Translations under genes and position numbers: made by a program
The notes under the pieces: generated by a model
The model's input: only the letters and a program-made list of their open reading frames with translations
Databases searched by the model: none
Told to the model about the DNA's origin: nothing
Shown: one piece after another, positions 48,346 through 61,009 of the stretch
How the letters are laid out: each line of letters begins with the position of its first letter
How positions within the stretch are numbered: the stretch's first letter is position 1
Origin: Okamejei kenojei
Lineage: Eukaryota
DNA length: 64,000 nucleotides
Direction of reading: 5' to 3'
Assembly (NCBI GenBank): GCA_035221665.1
Contig: CM069174.1
Span: 10,912,001 to 10,976,000 of the forward strand

Positions 48346-49630
48346 TTTCTACAGGAAAGCGGGTGCTTGACAGGCTAGGGTGAGCAACATGGCTGAGATG
48401 TGGGGGTGCAGGGGTGCCATTGGATTTAGACGTGATGGATATTGTTCTTGTCTCCCCACATCTTTCGTTGACCAGACAGCTCTCCACACCCCAGACATTT
48501 CCTGCACAACTCCTTTAAACTTTGCTCACGTATAGATTTTCCACTGACTGGACAGCACGCAATAAAAAAGCTTCTCACTGTATCTCAGTACATGTGGCAA
48601 TAAATTAAATTGAAAGTTATGCCCTCTAGTCTTTGACATTTCCACCCTGGGAAAATGTTCCCTTTTTTGTTTCGTGTACTCAGTAAATTTGATTAACCTT
48701 GTGTACAAAGAGGCCTTGAGAATGACGTGATTAGCAGTCTATCCTCAAAAGTCATTGCATCTGTTACAATTACAGCACATGGACACTTTCCTGTGCCACT
48801 AGATGCCCAAGTTGCGCCACTTCTCCACAATTAGATGCTTCAGAATTTTTGACACAATTTTGGTTGACACTGAACTTCAATCCTTCCTCAACAGTCTCTA
48901 TTCATCTGGGAAATTTGCAAAACAATGCCATCATATCACTTAGGGAACTGCACAGCTACACGCAGGTGTGCACATCTCGTTTGAAGGAAAGTAACCATCC
49001 ATCATAAATTGAGTTTTACTTTCAACTTGAGAATTTAAAATAATTAAATTGAAGCACTAACAAAAAAATTAATTGTACTCGGACTGAATAATATTAGCCT
49101 GGTAAAGATTTCATTACAACTCTCAAGAATTACAATAAAGACATTTGTTTAAAATGTAGATGTTTTACAGGCTGTTTGGAATTGTTTTCACCAAGCAGAG
49201 ATACAAAAAATATAAATTCCAATTGCTCTTTTCAATCTATGTTTTTTCCAAAAGGTTAAGAAAGCTTAGAACATTTATCTTTCATATTTTATAACTGGGA
49301 AAGTTTGAATTGTGCTATGCTGACTCAAATCCTTTAACTAATGTGGTCAGCTCACTAAATTAAGTTAACGATTCTTTACAACAATTAAGACATTTCAAAG
49401 GGGACTTTATTAGCTATAAAACACTTTAAAACATCCTGAAAAGGGATGCAAGATATATAAATTGTTTCTATTTGTCTGGATTTCCCTCTAAGATGCTCTT
49501 GTGTACTGATGTACTCAGTAAATGTGATTGTGTACCTTAACAATGCTTTTGGCTATCTTCACTGATGGTGCGTTATGACCACCATTACTTAGCGTCGAGT
49601 GTTGTTTGATAAAATTAGCATGAAATCCTT

Positions 49631-49762
49631 GAAGGTAGACAAAAATGCTGGAGAAACTCTGCGGGTGAGGCAGCATCTATGAAGCGAAGGAATAGGTGAC
49701 GTTTCGGGTCGAGTCCCTTCTTCAGACTGATGAAGTCTGAAGCTCGACCCGAAACGTCACCT
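49631..49762. mobile_element. Penelope-derived element with hammerhead-like core
   Basis: Minus strand of 49698-49725 reads CUGAAGA-A-GGGA-CUCG-ACCC-GAAAC-GUC; partial inverted copy follows. Confidence 0.7.
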
Positions 49763-50649
49763 TTGATATCACCTTTGCGTGTATCTGCAGGCTTGCCAGT
49801 AGTTAAATAATAATAATAGCAACCATGTACAAAAGGAAAGCTGGTAACATGCCATTAACCATTTCAGCACCAGGAATTATTTAAACACACAAAATGATAA
49901 GGAGAAAACATCCAATGTTTGAAATGTATTTTCAGTTTCATTTCTGTCATAGGCTAGTTGCTTTTAAAATTATAATCGTGAATAGATCTATTATCATACT
50001 ATAAATACAGAAATTATCTTCACCTTGCTTCATCCCCAAATGCTAACAGCTTGATGCACTTTAAAACCACAGGAACCAAAGAAGAATATGTGAATATGAA
50101 CATGGAGCAGAAATAAGTGATTCTGATGCAGTATTACGAGTGGCACGCTATCAGTTTTACTTTCTAATCTACTCTTAGAACAATCTCATGCTGACCTAGC
50201 AAATTTAACATTATCCCATGTCAAGCTGAGATGGGATAATGCCATTTTTACCACTGTCACGTCTACAGTAGTTTAACAGCGGTACTATCACTAATGACTT
50301 ATTATGCCTCTTAGCTCATGACATAATCAGTTGATCTCATGTTTTATTTTTTTAATTTCCCAAACATTACATTTGGCTCCAAAATATAGCAGTGATGAAA
50401 TATAAAACCTGGGGTGGGGTGGAAAGAGTCAATAAAATCAACTTCAATAAATTGATTTTGCAAGTTATAAAATTACAGCATTTTTTAAAAATCTTGAACC
50501 AATCTGCTTGAAATTTTTATTTAGATACCTCAGACTAATCATTAAAGAAAACCATAGCCTCAACCAAAAGATGATTGTGAATTGATCTTTGAAAGATTCG
50601 TGGTGGTTGTAACAAATTCAGCTCCTTTGGCAATGGGGCTATTTACAAG

Positions 50650-51200
50650 CTAATGGTGAGGAAACGAAACCGCCCCTTCAGGCGCCCGCCTCCTCTGCGC
50701 GCTCATTGGTTGCAGCGCTTGCCGGGGGAGACAGGCCCTGCGGCCATTGGCTGGCGCTGCTGTCAGTCAGCGTGTCCCACCGGGATGATTGACGCGCCAG
50801 CGCGCCCCTCCCCCTTTCTGTTTAGATTCAGTTTATCAGGTCCGATTGTCAGAATGTAACGGCGTGGAACTCACCTCGACTCCCGGGCGCCGCTGCTCTC
50901 ACGCAGCGCAAGTGAAAGGCGCCGGCCGCCGAGCGGCCGCCAGCTCCGCTCGAGTGAGACTTTCGCCGTTTGTGTTTCCAGGCGAGCGCCGTTCAGCCAC
51001 TTTCTCAGAGCGTCGGGGCGGGTGCCAGCTCCATTTCCGGTGTGAGCCGGAATGGACGTCATCCGCGAGAACAAAGCCTGCACGCGGCGGTGTGGCCCGG
51101 GCGGCAGTGCTGCAGCAGGGCGCTGGGGGGCGCCCGCCCCGGCGGCCGGCCATTACAATAAGCTGCTCAAAGTATTAGCCCATGACCAATGGCAGTCCGG
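50650..51200 (-). promoter_or_regulatory. CpG island promoter and probable non-coding exon 1 of DNAJC14 (donor GAG|GTGAGT at 50875/50874)
   Basis: Very CpG-rich; ETS-type CCGGAA sites (51034-51052) and GACGTCA (~51056); GC boxes; two CCAAT boxes (50706, 50746); strong minus-strand donor. Confidence 0.7.
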
Positions 51201-51534
51201 CAAGGAATTCATTGCAAAATATTATTAGGCAACTCTCATGTAAATATTGCAAAATATTATTAGACAACTCATTTAAATCTCCGAGCAGGCCACTTTATTT
51301 AAAGTGCACTTGCTGCCACGTTTAAATATGCATTCCTGATGGATCTTACAATCAACATAACATGCCACACACACACACACCCCCCCCCCCCCCCAAGGAT
51401 TCTCCTCCTAATTCCACACGGCCCTCTTTACTTTTGATTTACATGTCTCGGAAGTTACAAGTTTCTACTCCCAGTCAAGTGCTTTCCCGAGGTCATCATT
51501 GTAACCTTTAAGGACCAACTCGGGATGAGTAATG

Positions 51535-51800
51535 GAGACAAGGAACCGCTGGACTCTGGAGAACATGGATAGGTGATGTTTCAGATCAGGACCCAGCAGA
51601 GTGATCTGAAGGAGGATCCCAAACCAAAACATTGCCTATTCATGTTCTCCAGAGTCAAGTCAAGTGAGTCTATTGTCATGTGTCCCAGATAGGACAATGA
51701 AATTCTTGCTTGCTGCAGCACAACAGAATATTGTAGGCATAATATAGAACCGATCAGTTGTTGTCTAATCATGAGAGTCACTCCAGCTTTTTTGCAGATG
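51535..51800. mobile_element. Penelope-derived element with inserted LINE 3' tail ((cttga)n, minus)
   Basis: ctctggagaacatggatagg / cctattcatgttctccagag arms, then agtcaagtcaagtgagtctattgtcat... Confidence 0.55.
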
Positions 51801-52422
51801 AGTAATGGATGCCAATATTGACAGTACTGCATCTCTACCAAAAAAAAAGGCTTTGTGTTAGATGCTGCAGATGTGTGTTAGATGTGGGTGAACCAACTGT
51901 AGTCACCTTTCCCAGGCCAACCTCTCCAAATGGATTCTTGGTCCGCTGCATTGGGCAGGACATGTTATCTGCATCCCCAACCCTAGATTCATAAAGCATT
52001 CTCTTTAGAGTTTGATCATAAGGAGATTATCAAGTGCACAGAGAACGCAATTCAAGGAGATGTTCAAAGTGCAACATCCCCAACAATGGCATGTCATTCT
52101 GTGGAGATCCAACTTTTTAAAACCACCACCCAAAGATTATTTTGGTCACTAAACAAACAGCAATACTGGGTATTAGTGCAACAGAAATGTGTCCATAATC
52201 TATCATTTATCATAATTATCAATGCATGTTGTATCACCACAGGAAAATAAAGAATTAATTTAGATATGCAATGTTATAGCAGACAAAATAACTTATTTGC
52301 ATTCCCGACATCAGAAGGTAGATGGGTCACCTAACCACAGACCCTATATTCAAACATTACAAAGATTGCACAAGGAAAATCCCCCCTTCCTCTCTACTAT
52401 CCCAACCAAACAATTTCAAACA

Positions 52423-52578
52423 CGTGTCTGAAGATGGGTCTCGACCCATAACGTCAAGTCTGAAGAACAGTCGGCCCGAAACGTCACCTGTGTTCTCCCG
52501 AAATGCTGCCGTTGGTGTTACTCCAGTACTCTGCGCCTTTATGTGTATTAACCAGCATCTACAGTTCCTCGTTTCTAG
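52423..52578 (+). mobile_element. Penelope-derived terminus with tandem hammerhead-like cores
   Basis: CTGAAGA at 52428 and 52460 (32-nt period), followed by the family 3' arm. Confidence 0.65.
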
Positions 52579-54872
52579 ATACCAACCAAACACAAACGTC
52601 TTCCCATCCACAACCCCACATTTTCCCTCCCACACATGGAAAGATACAAAAATCAACCAAAGACATTTTCCTGATATGTTTATTAGAATTCAAAATCCTT
52701 TCAATAAAACAGATCATTTCTCATGTAATCAGTGCTTAACAGTAAAACACAGGGATATTCACAGATTTAAACATACATTTTATACATGCCATTGCCTCGG
52801 GTTTGGTTAGTTTAAACTGCCTGAGCATTTGGATACTGTGACTGCGTCTGGTTATTGCATAGCCATAGCTTTTACACCTGAATTTTAAACAATCTCACTA
52901 AAAGTCAGCATATTGCGCCAGACAGCATCATCCACAGTAACTTGAGGTCCTAAGAATCAAAAACAGTTGCATCAGTAAATAAAACCCCCAACTTACAAAC
53001 ATGCCGAGGCTCCAAAGTGTTGGGTAATAGCAGTGTTACCCTCAAGAATATTTCAGACTAGCATAGCAGCACCACCATTGCACAGATGGAAAAGTAGCAC
53101 CAACTTTAATTTGTTGTGAACAGCAGAGGCAAGAATTAAGTTTGAGAGAACGGCAAGTTTAAGTGAAGATGGTAATCCATACTCCATTACACATTACCTT
53201 TAAAGGAGGCTAGCAATACACCATCTCTACCACAATTCTATTCTCCAGATCATGGCCAAGATATTCAACAATATAAAAATCACTGCAATGCAAAGGTTCC
53301 CATATTGTTCAGCTAGCTCAAAATATATAGTGCAAATTGATGAGCTCAAATAGACTCCAAATACTGGACAAGGTATTCGAGATTTTTGTTTGTAAAACAT
53401 CAAGTCTCTTCCCCTCCACTTTCCCCAATTATGTGTACATTTTCAGTGGAACTAGCAACATGATTTGACTTCAGTGTCAAGGGAAGTATAAAAATAAATC
53501 AATATGAAGTGCACATTCCATAGCGAAGATCCTGTTTAAGGCCCTGTCTTTCCTAAAATTAAAAGTGTCCAGCTTGGATCAGTGTTTGCTGACCCATTCA
53601 TGCAGGATTCCCACTATAGAATGAGTGTCAAGAGAAATTACCTCTTGTAATACCTTTTAAAGAATAGAATACGGGTTGCGTTAGACTCCCACTCATTTTT
53701 ACAACTCCAGGATACTAAGGTCAAAGAAGAGAGTGGGTTGAAGCAGAGGACAAGACAAATAATGTTACTATTTCCACTGAAAATAAAGTTACTTAAAAGA
53801 TATGCCAACTATTGAAATAATTTTATTTTTGGTTTCAGCTATTCCTACATTCTTCCAACTGCTCAGAGAGAACAGATGTCACAGTTGGGTACAGATTGAG
53901 TTACTAAAGACCCCTTGCTTTGAAACTAGATTAAGAATGAGTGATACGGCCTGGAGAAAGATAAGTACGCCATTAGGCGCACAACTCCCAATAATAGGAT
54001 TAAAATCAAGATAAAATTGCTCAAAACAGAACAAAATACAAAACAACATTATTCTATAACCACTTCATTGTTGGAAAAAAAAAGCAACTGAGTTCATGAC
54101 GTTTTCTTTGCATAGACACAAGTAACCAGACACAAACGTGTGTGGACTTTGGAGTGACTGCACCAAATGCACAACTCTGCAGTTAATATAGTTAATATTT
54201 ATATTTTGATTCAGATACGCATTGAGTTGTAATGCCAAAGTACAGAGGGCGCATTAAAATAATAGAAAACACTGTAAAAGTTTCAACATCAAATATCTAG
54301 AACAGCAAATCTAACAAACAAATTGATAAAAACTTAAAAGGTAAACAATGATTGTGTTGGGAAGTTCACTAGGCCTTGGAAATATCTCCAGGGTTTTCCT
54401 ATCTCTTGGCTTGAGGGAGTCAGGATATCAAAAAGTAACCCTTTCTTTTCAATCACCCCTCACAAAAGTTATTTTTTCCCAAAGTGGAGCCATTAGTTTC
54501 TTGGCTTCTGAATTCCAAGTATTGTACCTGGTCAGATCAACTTTTAAGAAGCCACTAAAAATTCAAAACACCCAAAATGGGACTGAAGTCAGGGCACAAA
54601 GCCCTTACTCCAGTTGTTTGATAAATGGCCTTTGTAGTAGGGGTGTGTGAGAACCAGGTTCATACAGTATCAGCTCCCAACACCCCTGGTCTAATCTAGA
54701 TAAAGATCACCCCTGTACTGAAGTAATTGCTGTAGTTAATGCCTTAATTCTTTCAATTATCCAGGTCAGGAGTCCAACAAGCAGCATTGCAAAGTATTTC
54801 CTCCTCCACAGAAAGGGCGCTCCACTCTGATCGACAGTCCTCGCACAGAACGTTTTCTGCCAAGGCCCAGTC

Positions 54873-55017
54873 TCAATTTTCGTCGTCGTCATCGTCAAAC
54901 TCAATGTCAGACATCTCATCTTCTAGAGCAAGCAGGCTGCCTAGACCGTATTCTTGTTCGTGAACAGAACTTTCGTTCGGGTTGAGATGGCACTCCCCTT
55001 CAACAAAGTCCGCAAAT
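54873..55017 (-). CDS. NEMP1: NEMP1 last coding exon (stop TGA)
   Basis: tgcag|(R)[47 protein letters not shown]. Confidence 0.92.
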
Positions 55018-55312
55018 CTGCAGGCAAGACAACCTGGCAGTCACAACAATGTCCCAAACTCATGAGTCATTGAAATCATGTCAGGAATACGCATTCTAGA
55101 AAAACTCTCCCAACATAGTACTTCATGTTACTAAACGTAAACACAGACATTTTGTAGAAAAAGCATCAATTAAATGATCAATTCTTCCCTCTCCTTTCCC
55201 AGGCTATGAATGACAACATCGTTGATATCAAACCAGCCAGGCGTCAGAGTGCGGCCCGTGTCAGTGAGCTACTAAGTAGACAGGCGCAACTCCATATTTC
55301 TCCTCTTTGACA

Positions 55313-55625
55313 AAAGACAATAGGTGCAATAGCCATTCGGCCCTTCGAGCCAGCACCGCCATTCAATGTGATCATGGCTGATCATCCCCCATCAGTTCCC
55401 CGTTCCTGCCTTCTCCCCATATCCCGACTCCGCTATCTTTAAGAGCCCTATCTAGCTCTCTCTTGAAAGCATCCAGAGAACCGGCCTCCACCGCCCTCTG
55501 AGGCAGAGAATTCCACATACCCACAACTCTCTGTGAGAAAAAGTGTTTCCTCGTCTCCGTTCTAAATGGCTTACTCCTTATTCTTAAACTGTGGCCCCTG
55601 GTTCTGGACTTCTCCAACATCAGGA
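55313..55625 (-). mobile_element. CR1/HER1-type LINE 3' fragment
   Basis: MLEKSRTRGHSLRIRSKPFRTETRKHFFSQRVVGMWNSLPQ. Confidence 0.88.
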
Positions 55626-57636
55626 ACTTGGTTTTCCAAGATTGCCAAGAAATGCTAAGATTTCCAAGAAATACTGGAGACTTGGAATAAACAGATACCT
55701 TGGCTAACACTGTCCTCTGCTTTGAATGGGAACAGAGGTACTGGGATTAGCTGATGCATGTGTGATGTTTTAGGTCGGGGCTCTTCTTCAGACACACATT
55801 TTGTGTCGGCACCCCGCTTCAGTTCTGAAGGATTTTGACCAGAAACATCATCTATCCGTGTTCTCCAGAGATGCTGCCTGACCTGCGGAGTTACTCTCTT
55901 TCTTGCCAAGAGAGCCGTTTTATTAGCTTTCAAGCTACTATGACGTGGGGGGGGGCTGTAAAAGAATAATTTACAGGGGGAAAAAAAAAAATGGTAACAG
56001 TCCTCTTGATAAAGCCAAATTACTCGGAAGCCAGAGCTTGATCACGTTTCACTGACGAGTGTGTAGCATCTCTTTACAATCTACAAGCTGTTTTTTTATA
56101 CGAACAGGTCATTTTTCATTGGGGAGATAAGAGATCCAGTGATCTTTTAGTTTGGGGCCGGGCTTCACTAAAAACATTTTTTTTTTTTTACACAGGAGTC
56201 TGAGAAACTCATCAAACCTTTTTGAGGCCTAAAGGATGGTTGCTGTACGGAGAACAAAGATTCACAAAGGGACAATTTGAGGGCAAAAAGGTCTATGTTC
56301 AAGGAGAGAGGAGACTTTACTGCATTTAGATTCATTCTTCAAAGATGGGAATTCATGATGATGGAACCGGACAGTCAAGGTACAAAAAATGTTATGAAGT
56401 GTTTCACCATGCATGCAACACCACGACTGACAGAATGCAAGCTGGCGAATCCACCCCACCCCAGCTCATGATTCAATGTGCAGAGGCAAGATCACCTCGT
56501 CTGTTGACGTGAGGAGAAATTGGATAGAATTGACACACCTCAGCCACCGCATTCTTGATTTTATTCCAATATATAAGCCATTTAAATCTGTTGCATGTGA
56601 TAAATACCCTAAGTTACCAGTATAGTCCTTCATCCCGGCAAACACTGCACCCAATAAATATTGAAGTGTGTTTTTTTTTTCCCCTGGAAAATCTGGCTTG
56701 CCTGACATTCTGATTGGGGAACTTCAAACTTTGGTCCATGCAGTAAAATTCTGAGAGATGCAAAAAATATCGCACCTTCCCACAATGAATACACCAGGGA
56801 CGTACTGAAGATTTCAAACAGTGGCCTCGAACAATAAGTTGGATGCTTGTTCAGTGCTAAACTTTGGACATTCTCAGGTAATTCACTTCGACGAGGAAGA
56901 TGAGTAAATTGAGGAAAGTTGATCAAATTCTCAGATGGTCTGAGAGTCGAATCGCTCAGCACAGAAGCAGGCCGTTCTGCCCATCATGCCCATGCCGTCT
57001 ATTGTACTTATCTATAGCAATGCCATTTCCCCACATTTGGCCTGTGGCCTTCCATGCCTCGGAAATTCAAATGCTTGCCTCAATGTTTCTTAAACACACG
57101 TTTCTGCCTCCACCTTCTCGGCTACTGTACTCCAGATTATACCAGGCTCAGAGTTCCTCTACACCTCCTACCCCTTACATCATACACCCTTGTTTTGGAC
57201 ACCCCCAATTTAACTATCTACTGCATTGTCCTCATCCACCAGAAAGCGACAGGCTCAGTGGATCACATCACCTTTTCCCATTGCTTCTTTTAGACTTATC
57301 CGTGTTTCAATTAGGAGCTGGATGCATGGCTGTCATGCAATATAATGAGGCCTTATAATGCTAAGCTACGGAACAAAGAGGTACATTTACTACCTGCCAT
57401 TTCTCCATGCACCCAGTTATCTGCCTCGACGATACAGTCAATGGCAGGTCAGAAACCAATGTCTGCTGCTTCTTTATTCAAAGTTAAAACACAAATAAGT
57501 GTTCTTGCACATCTCCAAACTGCCGGTATGAGGGCAGCTTTGGCAAACACCTGGGAACAGGCTGTTGTCCATTTTTTTTCAGGATGGAGGAAGATAGCAC
57601 ATGCGCAAGAGGATTTAAATGGCACTAGAGCATTAC

Positions 57637-57810
57637 CTCTTTGGTGTTGAAAGTCTGGACACTACTTTCCACGGATGGAACTCAGGGCTGCTGCAGTGCT
57701 TCCGCAGTTCCACCAAAGCTTTTTGGGTTTCTATTTCTCCTTGCTTTTGAAATTCTTCCTCAGTTAGAAGCCGTCGGGGCTCTGGCTTGTTTCTTAGTTT
57801 GAAAACTTTC
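57637..57810 (-). CDS. NEMP1: NEMP1 coding exon
   Basis: ttttag|[57 protein letters not shown](R)|gtaatg, 174 nt. Confidence 0.93.
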
Positions 57811-58399
57811 CTAAAATTAGAGTATTTAGAAAATTATGAAAAGGTCACTGGGATATATTTGAGAGAAATCTTGGCTTTTTTAAAAAATCCCTCTTTCTGC
57901 CAGGTCCCAAGGAATCAACTCATGGCAACTGTCAAAACTTTCTGAACTCTTTCCTTTCCCATACCAAACCTTATTTCAGGAGTAAACATGAAACCAAAAA
58001 GAAAATCTGATCTACAGTGATAAAAAGGAACTTAAATAACTTGGGTCCTTGTAGACTTTATATTTTAGGTGCCACGACATGAGTTAAAAAGAGTTTCTTG
58101 GTCTCTACCAATCTACAACCTCCCACTAGATGGTGCCCATGAGGTAAGTGTGTTGAACATTAATTATCCTTCACAATGCTGTATGATCCACAAAGCAAGC
58201 AGGTTGTTGTAGTTGCAAGGTGAGGCAGAGTACAACTTATGCCTTAGTTTCATACTAAAAGCAACTGTTCCAGTCCATACCTATAATGCCAATGAATTAA
58301 CAATGGAGTTGAAAAATTAAATGCACTCTTTTCTTCACATTCCACCAGATGCATTGGAAGTCGGTATTGAGGGGAGATTCTTGCCAGTGATAGAGCTGC

Positions 58400-58600
58400 T
58401 GTCTCTCAGGTTGTACGTTCCCCGTGTGACAGCACGCATTTCCTCCAGATGCTCTAGTTTCCTCCCACATCCGGAAGACAAGCAGGTTGGTGGGTTAATT
58501 GGCCACGACACTTTGCGAAGTGGGGAGCTTAAATGGGATGAGTGTAAATGGGTGCTTGATGGCCGGCAGGAATTCTGTGGGATAACCACCCGTTTCCATT
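58400..58600 (+). mobile_element. V-SINE (HE1-like) fragment
   Basis: V-domain-like tttcctccagatgctctagtttcctcccacatccggaagac...ggttaattggcc. Confidence 0.6.
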
Positions 58601-58631
58601 CTAAATGACTTCATAACACTTCAACACTTAC

Positions 58632-58857
58632 TTGTATGCAGTGTAAGACCATTGAAAGGGCAGTTCGATGTTCTTGATGCAGAAAGCCACAATGAGGAGG
58701 GTCAGGGCCACCTGTCGTACTTGAATCCCGGAGTACATTAGGAACAGCCCGAAGAGTTGCAGGCTCCAGTTCAGCAGATTGATACTTCTCTCCTCCTCAG
58801 GGGGGCCATACTTGTAACACACAGCAAAGCTGATGAAGCCAGAAACTGTCACATAGC
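58632..58857 (-). CDS. NEMP1: NEMP1 coding exon
   Basis: tttcag|(G)YVTVSGFISFAVCYKYGPPEEERSINLLNWSLQL...FQWSYTAY|gtaagt, 226 nt. Confidence 0.95.
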
Positions 58858-59535
58858 CTGAAACATTAACATCAGATGTGAAAACTAATCTTGGAGACGC
58901 AAGGAACAACAGATGCTGGCTTACAAAAACAAACACAAAGTGTTAAGAGTAACTCAGCGGATCTGGGAGGACATGGATAGACGACATTGTGGGTTGGGAC
59001 ACTTCTTCAAACCTTAAATAACCGTACCAGACTTGATGCCTGCATCTCCTAGATAATCTGGATAGCACAACCCTATGTCACTTGAGCTGCGGAGTACTGT
59101 ATAACTAGGAGTGGCAGGAAGCAGAATAGAAAGACATGGCCACACTACTTGGAATAAAGTAGGGACAGGCAGTAGAATAAAGACGTCACATAGATCAGGA
59201 AAGGGGAGGGAAATATAGAGCAATGATCACCCTCACTCTCTCAAGCAGACTTGACCAGATGATGGCAACACGACGGTAGCGAGCAAATTGAGGCATGACA
59301 AGTGTATGAAAATGTCCCTAGTGTGATGTATATGTAATATGTAATGTAAATGCCAGTGCCCCTTGAGGCCAAAAGCAGAAGCTGGCAAATGTACCCTTGC
59401 CTCGTGAATGAGGTCAAGTGACCTTCTGGAAGTTTCAGTTGATTGCAGATTAAACCTTTTCTACAGGATGTCAGACATGTATTCATTGTGCTAGTCACAA
59501 CAAGGTCAAGCTGAAGATGTTACATGGTGTCAGAA

Positions 59536-59810
59536 GTGGGATGTAATTAAAGTGAAGAGGGAGATGTAATGTAATTAAAGTGAAGGGGGAGATATGCTGT
59601 AATTAAAGTGAAGGGGGAGATGTGATGTATATGTAATGTAATATGTAATGTAAATGCCAGTGCCCCTTGAGGCCAAAAGCAGAAGCTGGCATTTACATTA
59701 CATATTACATTACATATACATCACAACTCCCCCTTCACTTTAATTACATCACATCTCCCCCTTCACTTTAATTACAGCACATCTCCCCCTTCACGTTAAT
59801 TACATCACAC
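59536..59810. repeat. 275-bp foldback (125-bp arms built from 28-bp subrepeats, 25-nt loop)
   Basis: 59536-59660 is the reverse complement of 59686-59810 with few mismatches; the central segment is duplicated at 59322-59387. Confidence 0.9.
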
Positions 59811-59936
59811 CTAGTACACATTTACTCACAAAACCCCAGTGTCAATATTTAACAATACATGCTGGGTATCACTCAGACGAACATTTTCCAAAAAATATAC
59901 AATGTACCTTAAATTAAACGCTGCGAACATTCTCAC

Positions 59937-60051
59937 CTAAAACATACTGCCAGTATTCTTTTAAGAGAAACTGCAAATTCCTTAAGGTCACTTGGATCAA
60001 ATACAGAGACACAGACCAGCCACCTGCCACCAACAAGTAGAGAGAACTTCT
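59937..60051 (-). CDS. NEMP1: NEMP1 coding exon
   Basis: ttttag|RSSLYLLVAGGWSVSLYLIQVTLRNLQFLLKEYWQYVL|gtgaga, 115 nt. Confidence 0.93.
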
Positions 60052-60629
60052 CTAAAATGGTAAGAAAGGAAAATATTAGCATTTTGATGTTTAATTAAAG
60101 CAAATGGCATGCATAGCAGATCTTGGAACTGTTAAAGAAAATCTCGCACTTTTGACCCAACATTTGGACAGCGCGAATTAAGATTTTTACCCATGGCAGC
60201 TTCAACCTGGGTTCAAGTTCAACCCTTGCAGATAAGCTCTCCTTCTATTAGGATTGTCTAGTTTGGATCACATCTTCCAGTAAGCTGATTTGCACAGTAA
60301 AGAAGCCCTCCCAATTCAGCATCAACTTTCCAATCACAGTCCATTTTTGACGAGTAAAATGCACACTGGCGCAGTCATGACTCCATTTTGGAGAATGGAA
60401 CACTTTAAAAGCAACTTCCATCTTGTACCAAACTTGCATTGCATCTGTAAAAACAATGCTAATAGTGGTTAAATCAAATGGAAAAAAGTTTTCAATTGAC
60501 CACTCCGGATATTAATTACCCCAAGTGCAAGCAAATTCAACCAGGGTACGAGGACCTTCTCACAAAGCAGGACAGAAACAGATGTCAGTTCATTTTTCTA
60601 ACCCTGGGCAAAGGCATTCTCCAACTTAC

Positions 60630-60723
60630 CTTGGGCAGTAACCGAGCCAGGATGAAAATGACAATAACGGCTGAAGCCAAGACACCCAAGCTCATTCCTG
60701 ACGTATAGAAGAAAAGCTGGCTC
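60630..60723 (-). CDS. NEMP1: NEMP1 coding exon
   Basis: ttttag|SQLFFYTSGMSLGVLASAVIVIFILARLLPK|gtaagt, 94 nt. Confidence 0.93.
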
Positions 60724-61009
60724 CTAAAAAGAGAAGAAAATCTCAAATATTTGTGAAATATATTTTAAAAAGCAATACCAGCACATGAACACAATCTCCC
60801 CCATCACTACAAAGATGAATGAGCTCCAGCTCAAATTTAAATATCACAACATTTAAAAATGGTCTGCCTTTTCCAAAAAAGTGACTTTTTTTACTAGTTT
60901 AGAAAAGTTTATAAGAGATGAAATGCTTACCTTGGTACCCAATGTTGTACGGCTCCTCCCTGGGGTTAGTTGCCAGCGTCACCAACATTTTCCTGGGACC
61001 AGTTTTGAT

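Noticed and set aside
50653-51178. ORFs in the CpG island
   Set aside because: Expected by-product of high GC content; Arg/Pro/Ala-rich with no homology evident.
51211-51280. 35-bp tandem duplication attgcaaaatattattag
   Set aside because: Two-copy local slippage duplication with no further structure.
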